Part shown: piece by piece, positions 26,106 through 36,445 of the stretch
Layout of the letters: each line of letters opens with the position of its first letter
Numbering within the stretch: position 1 is the first letter of the stretch
DNA from: a virus
Reading direction: 5' to 3' (one strand)
Virus record (IMG/VR): IMGVR_UViG_3300009285_001996
Length of the DNA stretch: 64,000 nucleotides
Translations under genes and position numbers: made by a program
Notes under the pieces: generated by a model
Database searches by the model: none
Told to the model about the DNA's origin: nothing
Seen by the model: only the letters and a program-made list of their open reading frames with translations

Positions 26106-26951
26106 TTGTGCACCCTTTACACTGGCAACTGCCTAGATATTTTTCCTGCTATACCAGATAAGTCAATAAACGCCGTAATTACGGACCCACCCTATCCTGG
26201 CATAGTACGAAAATACGGTTGTATGGACGAAGCCGAATGGATGGAAATGATGAGGGGGGTAGTCCAACAATGTAGGCGAGTTTTGACCGACAATGGTAGT
26301 GCAGTATTCATTTTACAACCAAATCAATCACACGTAGGAACAGTCCGAACTTGGCTCTGGGATTTTATGGCGTGGACATCTAGGGAGTGGAACATGGTAC
26401 AGGATGTATACTGGCACAACCCATCCCCTTTCCCAACCGTCCATTGTCAACGTAAATACGGTCTAATGAGACAATCTATTAAGGTTTGTGTATGGTTAGG
26501 TCCACCAACTTGTTATAGAGATCAAGACGCCATCCTATTGCCTATTGCTGAAGCCACACTAAACGATAAGAGGGTCAATAATAATAATTTAAAGTATTCT
26601 CCCCAAGGCGGAAGTATGAGATATGCCAGAGGATTAGCCACATGTAAAGAAAGGGGTGGCTCCACACCAATCAATCTATTAACTATTTCTAACTCACAAC
26701 CGCACCACGAGGGATGTAAAGGTCACGGCGCAAGTACGCCTCTTAAATTGTGTGAATGGTGGGTGAAATACATAACCAAAAATGAAGATACTGTACTCGA
26801 CCCATTTTCTGGGAGTGGTAGTGTTGGGGTTGCCGCCCTAAATTTGGGCAGGAAGTATATAGGTATAGATAGTTGTGTGGAATATACGGAAATAGCGGAA
26901 AATAGATTATCACTAACCCTCTTATCTTTAACTGGTGCCCACCCAAAATAG
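26106..26951 (+). CDS. N4/N6 DNA methyltransferase (beta class)
   Basis: ITDPPY followed by VLDPFSGSGS. Confidence 0.9.
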   Translation: MCTLYTGNCLDIFPAIPDKSINAVITDPPYPGIVRKYGCMDEAEWMEMMRGVVQQCRRVLTDNGSAVFILQPNQSHVGTVRTWLWDFMAWTSREWNMVQDVYWHNPSPFPTVHCQRKYGLMRQSIKVCVWLGPPTCYRDQDAILLPIAEATLNDKRVNNNNLKYSPQGGSMRYARGLATCKERGGSTPINLLTISNSQPHHEGCKGHGASTPLKLCEWWVKYITKNEDTVLDPFSGSGSVGVAALNLGRKYIGIDSCVEYTEIAENRLSLTLLSLTGAHPK

Positions 26952-26967
26952 CAAAACATATCTAGCC

Positions 26968-27378
26968 ATGCCAACCTATTGTTATCAATGTTCGCTATGT
27001 GGACACTACCTAGAGGAATTTCAGTGGATGTGTGACCCCCCACTTATTTCCTGCCCATCCTGTCAAAAACAATCATTAGAGAGAGTTTTAACTATTCCCT
27101 ATGTAGCCATTAAAAAGAGTGATGGCGAGATTACCATTGGACATTTAGCCAATAGAAATTCTCAAAGATTTTCTGATGACCAGAAAGGCCACTTATTGAA
27201 TAAAGACAAGTCGGATAAATCTGTCCCCGATAGGGAGTTACCAACTGGAATGTCGTGGGCGGAAAAACAAACACTACAACCTACCCTTTTGGACAAATAC
27301 CAAACGGCTTCGCATAAAGAAATAAATAAAATGACAGATAAGCAGAAGGATACCTATATTAAGACGGGAAATAAATAG
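26968..27378 (+). CDS. FmdB-family Zn-ribbon protein
   Basis: MPTYCYQCSLCG...CPSC...LERV. Confidence 0.75.
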   Translation: MPTYCYQCSLCGHYLEEFQWMCDPPLISCPSCQKQSLERVLTIPYVAIKKSDGEITIGHLANRNSQRFSDDQKGHLLNKDKSDKSVPDRELPTGMSWAEKQTLQPTLLDKYQTASHKEINKMTDKQKDTYIKTGNK

Positions 27379-27419
27379 ATAGAAACATAACCTTTATCAT
27401 TAATTTAGGAGGATGTACT

Positions 27420-27809
27420 ATGGACGTTTCTGAACTATCACTATCAGAGTTGATTTTACTACAAGGTCAAATTGATAATACGATTCAGGTGTTAGTGGCG
27501 AATGACGGTCTTGAGGAGGAAATCGAATCACTACATGATGGGCTATTAGAAAACCAATACCTAACCATTAAAGTGACCATTCCTGTTGATATTGTGGTAT
27601 ATGATACTAATGGCTGTTGTATTGACATTGTTGAAGACGTCGAAGTTATGGATAGTGTGATTGAGCAAGCTGAAAAACACAAGGACGTGAAAGCTGCAAT
27701 TAGAAAAATAGTCCAACAAGAAAGCGGTTTAGACAAGAGTGTTGCTAAATTGGCTAAAAAGTATAGGGTTAGTGAAGAGTTTATTCTAAACAGAGTATAT
27801 AGAGAATAA
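27420..27809 (+). CDS. hypothetical protein
   Basis: Strong AGGAGG RBS. Confidence 0.65.
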   Translation: MDVSELSLSELILLQGQIDNTIQVLVANDGLEEEIESLHDGLLENQYLTIKVTIPVDIVVYDTNGCCIDIVEDVEVMDSVIEQAEKHKDVKAAIRKIVQQESGLDKSVAKLAKKYRVSEEFILNRVYRE

Positions 27810-28007
27810 ATGTGAGGTTTTTTATGAAATTCATAGTGAATATAGGTATTGCCGCCTACACAGAAACAGAGGGGCGGCACCCAAACTCCGCTAAAATTAC
27901 GATTCCAGTGTGCGCGGATAAAACTGGTTTCACTATCGAGGTTGATTGTGGTGAAAAAGACACCGTTTCACAAATCCAAACTTTATTAGAAAAAATGAGG
28001 TTAGCCT

Positions 28008-28316
28008 GTGAATAACAACCGTGGGATTGGTTGGCAGAGCGCATTTGACGACGTTATATTCGCCGTACAAAATGACGTGCCAGAGCCAGAATTAACCGTA
28101 ATTAAATGTTCGGCGTGTGGACAAAAATTAATAGAGTTATTTGTGGTGGGAGACGGTCCCACTTCACAGTTAATCGTGGAATGCCCATTCTGTGGGGACA
28201 GGTCTTTTAAAGTTAGTGTACGAGGAGCATTCAAGTTTGCCGCTTGCGATAACGTAGAGATTACAAATATTCAGTATGGCGACAGTATAATTTTTAGTAC
28301 AAAAACATCAAGTTAA
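28008..28316 (+). CDS. hypothetical Zn-ribbon protein
   Basis: CSAC...CPFC. Confidence 0.6.
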   Translation: MNNNRGIGWQSAFDDVIFAVQNDVPEPELTVIKCSACGQKLIELFVVGDGPTSQLIVECPFCGDRSFKVSVRGAFKFAACDNVEITNIQYGDSIIFSTKTSS

Positions 28317-28325
28317 GGAGTTATT

Positions 28326-28724
28326 ATGGGCGAACTAGGTTTACATATTATTGATAGCGGTAAACATAATGGGGAAGTTACACAAGAATTAGTGGGATAT
28401 TCTCCTGCTCAAATGGTAGGATTACCACCAGAACGGGTAGACGTTGACGATAGGGGGTGTTTTGCCAAGGAATTGACCACAATGAGTGATGGAGTAGTAA
28501 AATCATCGGTCTATTATTTGCGAATGGGAGTTGGCGGACACTTATTGGACCCTTGGAATATGCTTAATAGTGGTTCTGAGCGTAGTTATGCTAAACATGC
28601 AGGAAAGGATAGTGATAAATTTGTTAAGGTAAATGAGCGGTGTTTTAAGTTTTATATGAGATATTTAACTACTCGTAATAGTGCTAACTACTTAAATGCT
28701 GATAGAGAACTATTTACTGGTTAA
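28326..28724 (+). CDS. hypothetical protein
   Basis: AAGGAG RBS. Confidence 0.65.
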   Translation: MGELGLHIIDSGKHNGEVTQELVGYSPAQMVGLPPERVDVDDRGCFAKELTTMSDGVVKSSVYYLRMGVGGHLLDPWNMLNSGSERSYAKHAGKDSDKFVKVNERCFKFYMRYLTTRNSANYLNADRELFTG

Positions 28725-28761
28725 CCACTAACATAAGTAATTAACTATAGGAGATATAATA

Positions 28762-29241
28762 ATGCGTAAACTAAGTAAGATCGAACAATTTTGGCTAGAT
28801 GAAAACACTGGTAAACTAACCGCAGAGGAAATAGCAGGGGAATTAAAGGGGGTAAGTACAAAGAGTGTGGAAAAGTATTTGGAAAAGTTAGGTTTACAGA
28901 ATTTGGAGGTCGAGACCCCAACACCTCAACCAGTGGTGGTGAAAAACGACCAATTTGACCTATCTCCAGGTGATGAACTTATCATAGAGGATAATTACAA
29001 GAATGGTTTGCCGATTCCCACTATTGCCAAACAAATAAATAAAGCAGAAGAAGCCGTTAAAATGTTTATTGCTAGTAAACTTAGGGGGGCTGGTCGTGAG
29101 TTTTATGGGGGAAAAGGACAAATCTCTAATCGACGAGTCGCTACCGTGATGACCGAAAGAGGAAGTGAACATTCGGATATAGTGGGAGATAGCGGCGGTC
29201 CCCAAAAGACAAGTAATCGTATTCATAAAATTAGAGGATAA
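28762..29241 (+). CDS. putative HTH DNA-binding protein
   Basis: Two HTH-like repeats (LTAEEIAGEL...SVEKY; PIPTIAKQINK...AVKMF). Confidence 0.55.
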   Translation: MRKLSKIEQFWLDENTGKLTAEEIAGELKGVSTKSVEKYLEKLGLQNLEVETPTPQPVVVKNDQFDLSPGDELIIEDNYKNGLPIPTIAKQINKAEEAVKMFIASKLRGAGREFYGGKGQISNRRVATVMTERGSEHSDIVGDSGGPQKTSNRIHKIRG

Positions 29242-29558
29242 ATTATGCCAGTAGATAACCATTTACCAGTTAATGACGGTACATGGGCACCAACTGTTAA
29301 TATACCTATACCACCCATTTTTGTGTCCTATCCAAGTGAAGAAATCACAAAATTGGACACCATTATTCAATTATTGAACAGGATTATCGAGTTAATGCAA
29401 ATGGGAAAGTAATATAATATGTATAAGATTATTGAAATAGTATTACTTATCTTAGCTTGCATATGTACTTTTTTATCTGGCTATATGGGTCATACCAATT
29501 TATTTGTGGGCGGTTTAATTTTATCAATTCCATATATCGTTAATATGAACAATAAATA

Positions 29559-30026
29559 ATGATAATATGCACTAATCCAAATGACCCCTTCTTACTAGAT
29601 AAGGACACCACAATATGGATAGCCACTCTTTCAGATAACACTCAAATTTTCCAGGATGACAATCGACCAGAGTTAAACGAGCCCTCAGCTTGGCGCAGAC
29701 TCAAAACCTATTTAGGGCAGGAAGGTTTACATATAGTGGGGGTTCACTTTAGGTTTCGCTCACATGTGGTTTCCCTGCCATCATCTCCCCAAAATGAATA
29801 TTATTGGAGTAAGGGGGTCGGGGCGGCGTGTGGAGGTCGATCTTCTAACTTCTTTATTTATGGAAGGCGAGAGGGGGACGTACTAATACGCGACTGGTAT
29901 TCCGTGCCCGCTATTGTACGATCCCCCCATCTACAACAAACTAATCCTATTGCCGACTTTATCAATCACCCAAACTACATACCAATAATACCGATAAGGA
30001 TATCTTTATGCCAGTCAAATCAATGA
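29559..30026 (+). CDS. hypothetical phage protein
   Basis: 155-aa ORF. Confidence 0.65.
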   Translation: MIICTNPNDPFLLDKDTTIWIATLSDNTQIFQDDNRPELNEPSAWRRLKTYLGQEGLHIVGVHFRFRSHVVSLPSSPQNEYYWSKGVGAACGGRSSNFFIYGRREGDVLIRDWYSVPAIVRSPHLQQTNPIADFINHPNYIPIIPIRISLCQSNQ

Positions 30027-30236
30027 TAGATAAAATATGTGAAACTCAAAATAAATTAGCTGCTGGGGTTGACGATGATGATACCAGAGTGCAAAAATTA
30101 GGTAGACTTATTCAACAGTACAGAGAAATTACAGATAATGATTACAGCGTTGTAATAGAAGGATTGTCAAATCGGGAAACTTGGCTTTTCGACCACATTT
30201 TAACACTATTCAAAGTTCCACTGTACTAGGGTTGAA

Positions 30237-30656
30237 ATGGCGGATCATCGTACCGATAAATGCTGTTATCGTAGTTCGTATAGTGATTCCGACCTATATA
30301 TCACTCCCTTGCAATATATTACAGAGATTTTCTTTGAGCGTACAGCTAAGGGGGCGTTACCTAATGAGTTCTGGCGGTTGCCGCAATACAAAAAAGAGTG
30401 GGGTAGGAGAGCTAAGGAGGTAGCAGCACTACTGAAGAAATATATACCAGAGGCTATCATTCAAGGCTTGAGAGACCCACGCCTAAAAAATCTACAGAGC
30501 CTCCACGCCAAGGCTAGTTTTTCGTACAAAAAAGTGTTCGACGAGTATGAGAATAGATTAAAAGTGCAGGAAAAGTTAGATGTGGAAGAGGTTAAGCCAG
30601 TCAGCGGGGAAACTAGACAGCCGTTTAGACAAAGTTCAGTATTTGATTTATTATAA
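30237..30656 (+). CDS. hypothetical phage protein
   Basis: 139-aa ORF upstream of recA. Confidence 0.6.
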   Translation: MADHRTDKCCYRSSYSDSDLYITPLQYITEIFFERTAKGALPNEFWRLPQYKKEWGRRAKEVAALLKKYIPEAIIQGLRDPRLKNLQSLHAKASFSYKKVFDEYENRLKVQEKLDVEEVKPVSGETRQPFRQSSVFDLL

Positions 30657-30943
30657 TGCCTAAAAAATTAACCCAAGAAGAAGCAGAAAAAAGGAGTTTA
30701 GGGGTTGGAATTGAGATGGTGGGAGAGTATACTAACAGTAGTACAAATTGTAAATTTCGATGCCCATGTGGAAAATTGTTTCTCGCCCAACCAAGTAATA
30801 TATGGAACAAACACACTAAGTCATGCGGGTGTAATATAACCTGTAAGGGTAAAAATAATTTCAATTTTAAAGGATATGAAGAAATACGCGGTAGTCAAAT
30901 TAGGATGATAAAACAACACGCGAAAGGAAGAATTAGGAAATAA
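30656..30943 (+). pseudogene. truncated Zn-ribbon/HNH-type endonuclease remnant
   Basis: CKFRCPCG...KSCGC...FKGYEEI resembles the region preceding the nuclease domain in ORF 43061-44257, then stops. Confidence 0.5.
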
Positions 30944-30949
30944 CAAATA

Positions 30950-31957
30950 ATGAAAAAGCAAAAAGCTGAAGAAAATATGCCAAGTCAAGAAGTAGATAAT
31001 ACGCAGAGAGTATTAGACACCATTACAAAAACATACGGTGATGACGTATTATATTCTGGTAGTCATTTAATAGAAAATCCACCACCGATTTTAAGCTGGT
31101 CGCCAGCCCTTGATATAGCTCTTGGGGGAGGGGTGCCGCCAGGGATTGTTTGTCTCTGTTCCCGGCCAAAATTAGGCAAAACTTCTAGTGCGATTTCCCT
31201 AGCTCGCAACGCACAAAAGGCTGGGTTATTTGTGTTAATTTGTGATATTGAAGGGCGGTTAGCCCCAAGAGATTTAGATATAGATGGTTTAGATCATTCA
31301 AAACTACAAATTATTAGTTCGTCTGCTACAAATATGTTATCGGACGAAAGTTTTTTGGGTGCAGCTAGAGAAGTAATTTTTTCGATACCAAAGTCTTTTA
31401 TTATATTAGATTCAATAAGTCAGTTATTAAGTAACGCTCGTCGTGATAATAATTTATCAGATAAGTTTAGGGCACCCGAGGCGATGGTTTTAGCTGCCTT
31501 TTTTAGACAAATTACACCAATACTTAATAAGCAAAATAGTTATGTTGTTGCTATTACACACCAAATTGCCAATCTTGGTAACAGTCAAGCCATTTGGGCG
31601 GAATCGGGCGGTACAAAGGTTCAGTATTGTCTCTCCACGAAAATTAAGGGGATTTCTAGCGAAGCCTTTCCAAAGAATGATAAACCACTAGGACTCAAGA
31701 TTAAATGGCAGGTAATGGCGTCTCCGCTCGGACCTCCTGGTATTATAACGGAATCATTCCTGCGGTTTGGACATGGGCTTGACAAAGTTTTAGAGATACT
31801 AGATTTGGGATTGAACGTAGGTGTCATTCAGGCTAGCGGTAGCTGGTATGTGTATGACGACATTAAAGCCCAGGGGCAAGAAAAATTCAGAACGGCACTT
31901 ATTGAAAGCGGTAGGGTTGACGAATTACATAGTAAAATAAAAGAAATTCTATTATAA
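30950..31957 (+). CDS. recA: RecA-like recombinase
   Basis: LDIALGGG, Walker A PKLGKTS, IILDSIS, ESGG, GSWY C-terminal domain. Confidence 0.88.
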   Translation: MKKQKAEENMPSQEVDNTQRVLDTITKTYGDDVLYSGSHLIENPPPILSWSPALDIALGGGVPPGIVCLCSRPKLGKTSSAISLARNAQKAGLFVLICDIEGRLAPRDLDIDGLDHSKLQIISSSATNMLSDESFLGAAREVIFSIPKSFIILDSISQLLSNARRDNNLSDKFRAPEAMVLAAFFRQITPILNKQNSYVVAITHQIANLGNSQAIWAESGGTKVQYCLSTKIKGISSEAFPKNDKPLGLKIKWQVMASPLGPPGIITESFLRFGHGLDKVLEILDLGLNVGVIQASGSWYVYDDIKAQGQEKFRTALIESGRVDELHSKIKEILL

Positions 31958-32358
31958 TGCAAGTTATAGATTTTGATGGTGTAGCCTATAAATTCCCCCC
32001 ACTGGGACATACTAGCGATAAATATGTAAACAAACACAAGTCGGAATTACACACAAAATGCCGCACACTCCTACAAACCATTTTCCCCGCCCGAGTCTTT
32101 TTGGAAGAGGTTCCGATACCGGGTCTGAAATTGTACGTTGATTTTTTCCTAATTTTCAGTAGTACAGTAATAGAAGTTCAGGGGCGGCAACATCTTGAGT
32201 ACACCCCTCACTTTCACGCTAACAAACTTGAATTTTATAGGGCTAGGCAGAGAGACGAATTGAAGCGCCGCTGGTGTGAGTTAAATAACATCGGAATGGT
32301 CGAACTATTATATAATGAAGATATTAGTGTTTGGAAGTCTAAAATATTGGGATCGTGA
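31957..32358 (+). CDS. PD-(D/E)XK / Vsr-like endonuclease
   Basis: EEVPIP..YVDFF..VIEVQGRQH..RDELKRRWC. Confidence 0.75.
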   Translation: MQVIDFDGVAYKFPPLGHTSDKYVNKHKSELHTKCRTLLQTIFPARVFLEEVPIPGLKLYVDFFLIFSSTVIEVQGRQHLEYTPHFHANKLEFYRARQRDELKRRWCELNNIGMVELLYNEDISVWKSKILGS

Positions 32359-32549
32359 TGGATGAAATTATAATTTGCAAGCGTGAAGGTAAATTTGTAG
32401 TTGAATGTTATAATGGTGGTAAAAAGGTAGCTGAAAAATCGTTCTTTGAAGTTGATTTTGATAATTATGAAGTTATTAATTTTAAGGGGTTTACTGCTGA
32501 ATTACCGTTAACGGTTTGGCATTACAAATATTAGGGGTATTAATAAATT

Positions 32550-33020
32550 ATGAGCCTAGAAGATCGTCTACTAGAATTAGAGAATATACGAGCCGCCCTA
32601 TTTGCGCAGTTAGGTATTGGTGAGTTAAAGCCCAAATCAGAGGTTCAAAAATATTTAACTTTAGGCGAGTCTGAGTTAAAAGCAATAACCCCAGAGTCGT
32701 GTGTTATAGGAGCGCACTTATTAGCGTCAGAATCTACCTACATACAAACCCAAATAAACCGCCACCAAAGAATATATAATTGGGCGAACCGCAACCTATC
32801 TCAAATAATAGCCAAAGTAGTAGACAATTACGGCACCCAATACACGCCATACGAGATAAAAAAGGCACGAGCTATAAACGATGATATGGCACTGCATAAA
32901 TTTGCACAATTAGCGTCCGACACTGAACTCGTGTTAGACTCTTTAGCTTTCATACCTCAAAATTTGAAATTTCAGGCTCAAACATTACTATCACTAGCAC
33001 AGTCTAAGCAGAGGCAATAA
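32550..33020 (+). CDS. hypothetical helical protein (possibly a recombination mediator)
   Basis: Helical ORF in recA-dnaB context; function inferred only from context. Confidence 0.45.
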   Translation: MSLEDRLLELENIRAALFAQLGIGELKPKSEVQKYLTLGESELKAITPESCVIGAHLLASESTYIQTQINRHQRIYNWANRNLSQIIAKVVDNYGTQYTPYEIKKARAINDDMALHKFAQLASDTELVLDSLAFIPQNLKFQAQTLLSLAQSKQRQ

Positions 33021-33022
33021 TA

Positions 33023-33229
33023 ATGAACAAAGAACAAATACGAGACAGTCTATATGAATTAGCAAAACATTTTGCTATAGAAATAAATTTTACAGACAGT
33101 TTCGATATAAAAGACGAAAGACTTATTTATATAAATGGGTGGGTAACATCTAGTGAATTATTTTCTTTGGCTAAAAAATTAGAGGAATTAGAATTAGAAC
33201 AAACTATACTGGTAAGTAATAATGAGTAA
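33023..33229 (+). CDS. hypothetical protein
   Basis: Paralogue of 33424-33600. Confidence 0.55.
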   Translation: MNKEQIRDSLYELAKHFAIEINFTDSFDIKDERLIYINGWVTSSELFSLAKKLEELELEQTILVSNNE

Positions 33230-33431
33230 ATATATCGAAATGAATTTAGTTAAAGTGGACGACAATGGTAGTGTTAATTATTATGCCGTATTTGATAAAA
33301 CTTTTGACGGTATGATGATGACTAAATCCGCACTATCATATACCGATGATGAAAAAGTGCGGAATATAAAAATGCAATATATTGGTAATGTTTTGGTTGA
33401 ACAAGCTATATTTGGAGACGATGATGAGTAA
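33222..33431 (+). CDS. hypothetical protein
   Basis: Translationally coupled ORF. Confidence 0.5.
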   Translation: MSKYIEMNLVKVDDNGSVNYYAVFDKTFDGMMMTKSALSYTDDEKVRNIKMQYIGNVLVEQAIFGDDDE

Positions 33432-33600
33432 GAAAAAGCACATACAAAACATTAAAGACATAGCAGAAGATTATAATATATATGTTGGTTTTGGTCCGTA
33501 TAAGGAACTTTTTATTAGTGGATGGTGTACGTCTTTTGAATTACAAATTATATGTGATGAATTACTCCAGTTAGAACAAATTATGCAGGAGAAACAATAA
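33424..33600 (+). CDS. hypothetical protein
   Basis: Paralogue of 33023-33229. Confidence 0.5.
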   Translation: MSKKKHIQNIKDIAEDYNIYVGFGPYKELFISGWCTSFELQIICDELLQLEQIMQEKQ

Positions 33601-34097
33601 TGAAATTACCAGATGTTTTAGAACAAGCCATTTTAACCACAAATTGGCAACTAGTAAGCGATGTTTTATTTGCGGTTAATGGTAAGCGTGTTTTGCCCCC
33701 AAAGCCTAAGAGCGAAGCTGAAGAATTAGCCGATTTAGACATCCCCAATACTATAGTAGAGGTGGAAGACGATGATGAAGACGACAGTGTTCTTCCCATT
33801 AGGCGCGCCCCCATGAAGAAAAAACGTGGTAGGAATAGTTTTGTTGATGATTTCTCCCTTGCTACTAAAGACCTAACGGAAAACGACCCCCAATTAGTCA
33901 AGATGTACAAACCAGTTCCATCCGAACGTCGCCCAGAGACTCAATTGTTAGAATTACAATGTACACAATGTCATCAGACCGTCCAAGTTCCACCATCCCT
34001 TGCTTCTAGTCGCTCATTCGACCCCTCCAACGAAAACGATGAGAGGGCGTTATTTAGGTGCGATAAGTGCTCTAAATTAGGTGGTGGTAAAAAGTAA
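33600..34097 (+). CDS. hypothetical protein with C-terminal Zn ribbon
   Basis: CTQC...CDKC; directly upstream of dnaB. Confidence 0.6.
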   Translation: MKLPDVLEQAILTTNWQLVSDVLFAVNGKRVLPPKPKSEAEELADLDIPNTIVEVEDDDEDDSVLPIRRAPMKKKRGRNSFVDDFSLATKDLTENDPQLVKMYKPVPSERRPETQLLELQCTQCHQTVQVPPSLASSRSFDPSNENDERALFRCDKCSKLGGGKK

Positions 34098-34098
34098 T

Positions 34099-35487
34099 AT
34101 GGACAAACTAAGTGACGTTAGCGCTGAAGGCGCGGTGTTAGCTGGTACTTTTAAGTATGGGTCTGACATATATTACGACATTTGTGATGTACTACAACCA
34201 GACACCTTCACCGACGAAACGAACGTAGTTCTGTGGAAATGTTTTGTATACCTATTGGACGAACAGAAGTTAGAGAGATTAGATCAAGCCTCTGTAATGA
34301 CGACATTGTCTAGTTTGGGCTATCAGTGGGTAGTGGACCGCGATATCAACCATTTGCGTAGCGTATTCCAACGTGATATATTGGCGGAAAATGTCAAAAG
34401 ACTTGCTATTAGAATACGCAAATTACATATTACGAGATTGCTATTATCACAAGTTAGGGGAGTTAGTAAAGAGTTAGAATTAGTCACTGGTGAAGAAAGC
34501 ATTGAAGACATATTAAATATTCCAGAGTTAGTAGTGTTTTCCTTTAATCAGGAATTATATGGTAATATAAGTAATGAACCAATAAAAATTGGCGATAAAG
34601 CTAAAGATTATATAGAATATGTGGTAAACAACCCAGTGCCGATGGTCGGCTTAGATATAGGATTACCTAAATATAACTATGCTATAGGGTCTGGAGTTAG
34701 AAGGGGGGGGATCACATTAATTGGTGCCCGTCCCGGAATCGGAAAAAGTATGCTATGTGCCAATGTAGCTATAAACGTGGCATTAAAAGGAACTCCAGTT
34801 TTAATCGTTGACACGGAAATGTCGTATGTAGACATCTTACCAAGAATGTTGGCTAATCTTACATTTGATTGTCCCATGCGGGCTACAATTACGGAAATCG
34901 AGCAAGGGTCATTTACTGATCTTCCTGCTAAAAATAAATCTGTTAATGAAGCCTCTGCTAAACTACAAGAACTGCCAATTAAGTTTATGTCTGTAGTAGG
35001 ACAATCGTTTCAAAATGTTCTTAGTATTATTAGAAGGTGGATTTATAAAGAGGTTGGATTTACCAACGGTATTACTAATCAGTGTTTAATTATATATGAT
35101 TATTTTCACCTGACGGATACTGAGAAATTAGATAGTGGAGTTCAAGAACACCAACTTCTAGGATATTACATTGATAAATTACATATTTTAGCTGCTAAAT
35201 ATAGTGTACCGATATTCTGTACTACTCAATTGAATAGGGATGGTATTAAAGAATTACATGGCGGGATTATAGCGTCTAGTGATCGTATCCTGAATACAGT
35301 ACAGTCGTTTAGTGTTTTAAGAATGAAGAGTGATGATGAATTAGCACTAGAGGATAAAGATAGCGATGGAGCGTACACGAGTGGTAATGCACAAATTGTT
35401 ATATTAAAAAGTAGATATTCGGATGGATGTGACGGTAAAATAAGTATACAAAAATATGGTAAATATGGGAAAATAGTGGAGGTATAA
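34099..35487 (+). CDS. dnaB: replicative DNA helicase
   Basis: N-terminal AEGAVLA, GARPGIGKS Walker A, DTEM, IYDY, TQLNR, KSRY. Confidence 0.92.
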   Translation: MDKLSDVSAEGAVLAGTFKYGSDIYYDICDVLQPDTFTDETNVVLWKCFVYLLDEQKLERLDQASVMTTLSSLGYQWVVDRDINHLRSVFQRDILAENVKRLAIRIRKLHITRLLLSQVRGVSKELELVTGEESIEDILNIPELVVFSFNQELYGNISNEPIKIGDKAKDYIEYVVNNPVPMVGLDIGLPKYNYAIGSGVRRGGITLIGARPGIGKSMLCANVAINVALKGTPVLIVDTEMSYVDILPRMLANLTFDCPMRATITEIEQGSFTDLPAKNKSVNEASAKLQELPIKFMSVVGQSFQNVLSIIRRWIYKEVGFTNGITNQCLIIYDYFHLTDTEKLDSGVQEHQLLGYYIDKLHILAAKYSVPIFCTTQLNRDGIKELHGGIIASSDRILNTVQSFSVLRMKSDDELALEDKDSDGAYTSGNAQIVILKSRYSDGCDGKISIQKYGKYGKIVEV

Positions 35488-35493
35488 TAATGT

Positions 35494-36444
35494 ATGCGTA
35501 AAAGACGCAATTCCATTGCTGAAAATACTGAAATGATGAAGTTTTGGGATAATGAATTGAATACAAAAAACCCAAACACGGTATTACAATGTAGTAATCT
35601 AAAGATGAATTGGAAATGTGAACTAGGACACCGTTGGGTCAGTCCACCATCAAGCGTGTTCAGTGGGCATTACTGCCCATATTGTTCAAATCAAAAGGTT
35701 TTAATTGGATTCAATGATTTATCTACTACACATCCACATTTAGCTGAATTGTTTTCGAGAGACAGCAAATTACGACCAGAAGACGTAACACATGGAAGTA
35801 ATAAGTTTATAATATGTGTCTGTGAAAATGGACACGAATATAAAACAACACCGAATAGTTTAACACAAGGCAGAAGATGTGGTGTTTGTACTGGTAAACA
35901 AATTATCATTGGCGTTAATGACTTGACTACGACTTATCCCGAATTATGCAAAGAATGGTCTTCTAAAAATAAATTTGGTCCAGAAACAGTAACAGCGGGG
36001 TCAAATAAGAAAGTTATATGGGAAGATGAATTTGGGCATGAGTGGATATCAATCGTATTAAATAGGATCAATGGTAGATCGTGCCCAAAGTGTTCTTGTA
36101 GTAAAATGGAAAAAATTACATATAGTTTACTAGATGCTAAATCAGCGGAATATATATTTCAACATAAGTTTTCAGATTGTAAAGATCAAGCTTTATTAGT
36201 ATTCGATTTTTATCTTCCAAAATATAACTGTTGTATTGAATGTCAAGGTATTCAGCATTACGAGGATGAGTTTGTCAAAAAATTTAATCAAACAACTTAC
36301 TACAGTGAAAAATTATCTAATATTAGAAGGAAATATAACATCAAAAGAGAATATTGTGTAAAAAATGGAATCAAACTTATAGAAATAAAATATACAGAAA
36401 TTAACAATATCGAAGAAATATTAAAAAGAGAGATTGGAATTTAA
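35494..36444 (+). CDS. repeated Zn-ribbon (DUF4379-type) plus PD-(D/E)XK endonuclease, homing-endonuclease-like
   Basis: Three WKCELGH..W/CPYC..GFNDL repeats; C-terminal FDFYLP..IECQGIQH..KREYC..GIKLIEI. Confidence 0.8.
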   Translation: MRKRRNSIAENTEMMKFWDNELNTKNPNTVLQCSNLKMNWKCELGHRWVSPPSSVFSGHYCPYCSNQKVLIGFNDLSTTHPHLAELFSRDSKLRPEDVTHGSNKFIICVCENGHEYKTTPNSLTQGRRCGVCTGKQIIIGVNDLTTTYPELCKEWSSKNKFGPETVTAGSNKKVIWEDEFGHEWISIVLNRINGRSCPKCSCSKMEKITYSLLDAKSAEYIFQHKFSDCKDQALLVFDFYLPKYNCCIECQGIQHYEDEFVKKFNQTTYYSEKLSNIRRKYNIKREYCVKNGIKLIEIKYTEINNIEEILKREIGI

Positions 36445-36445
36445 T

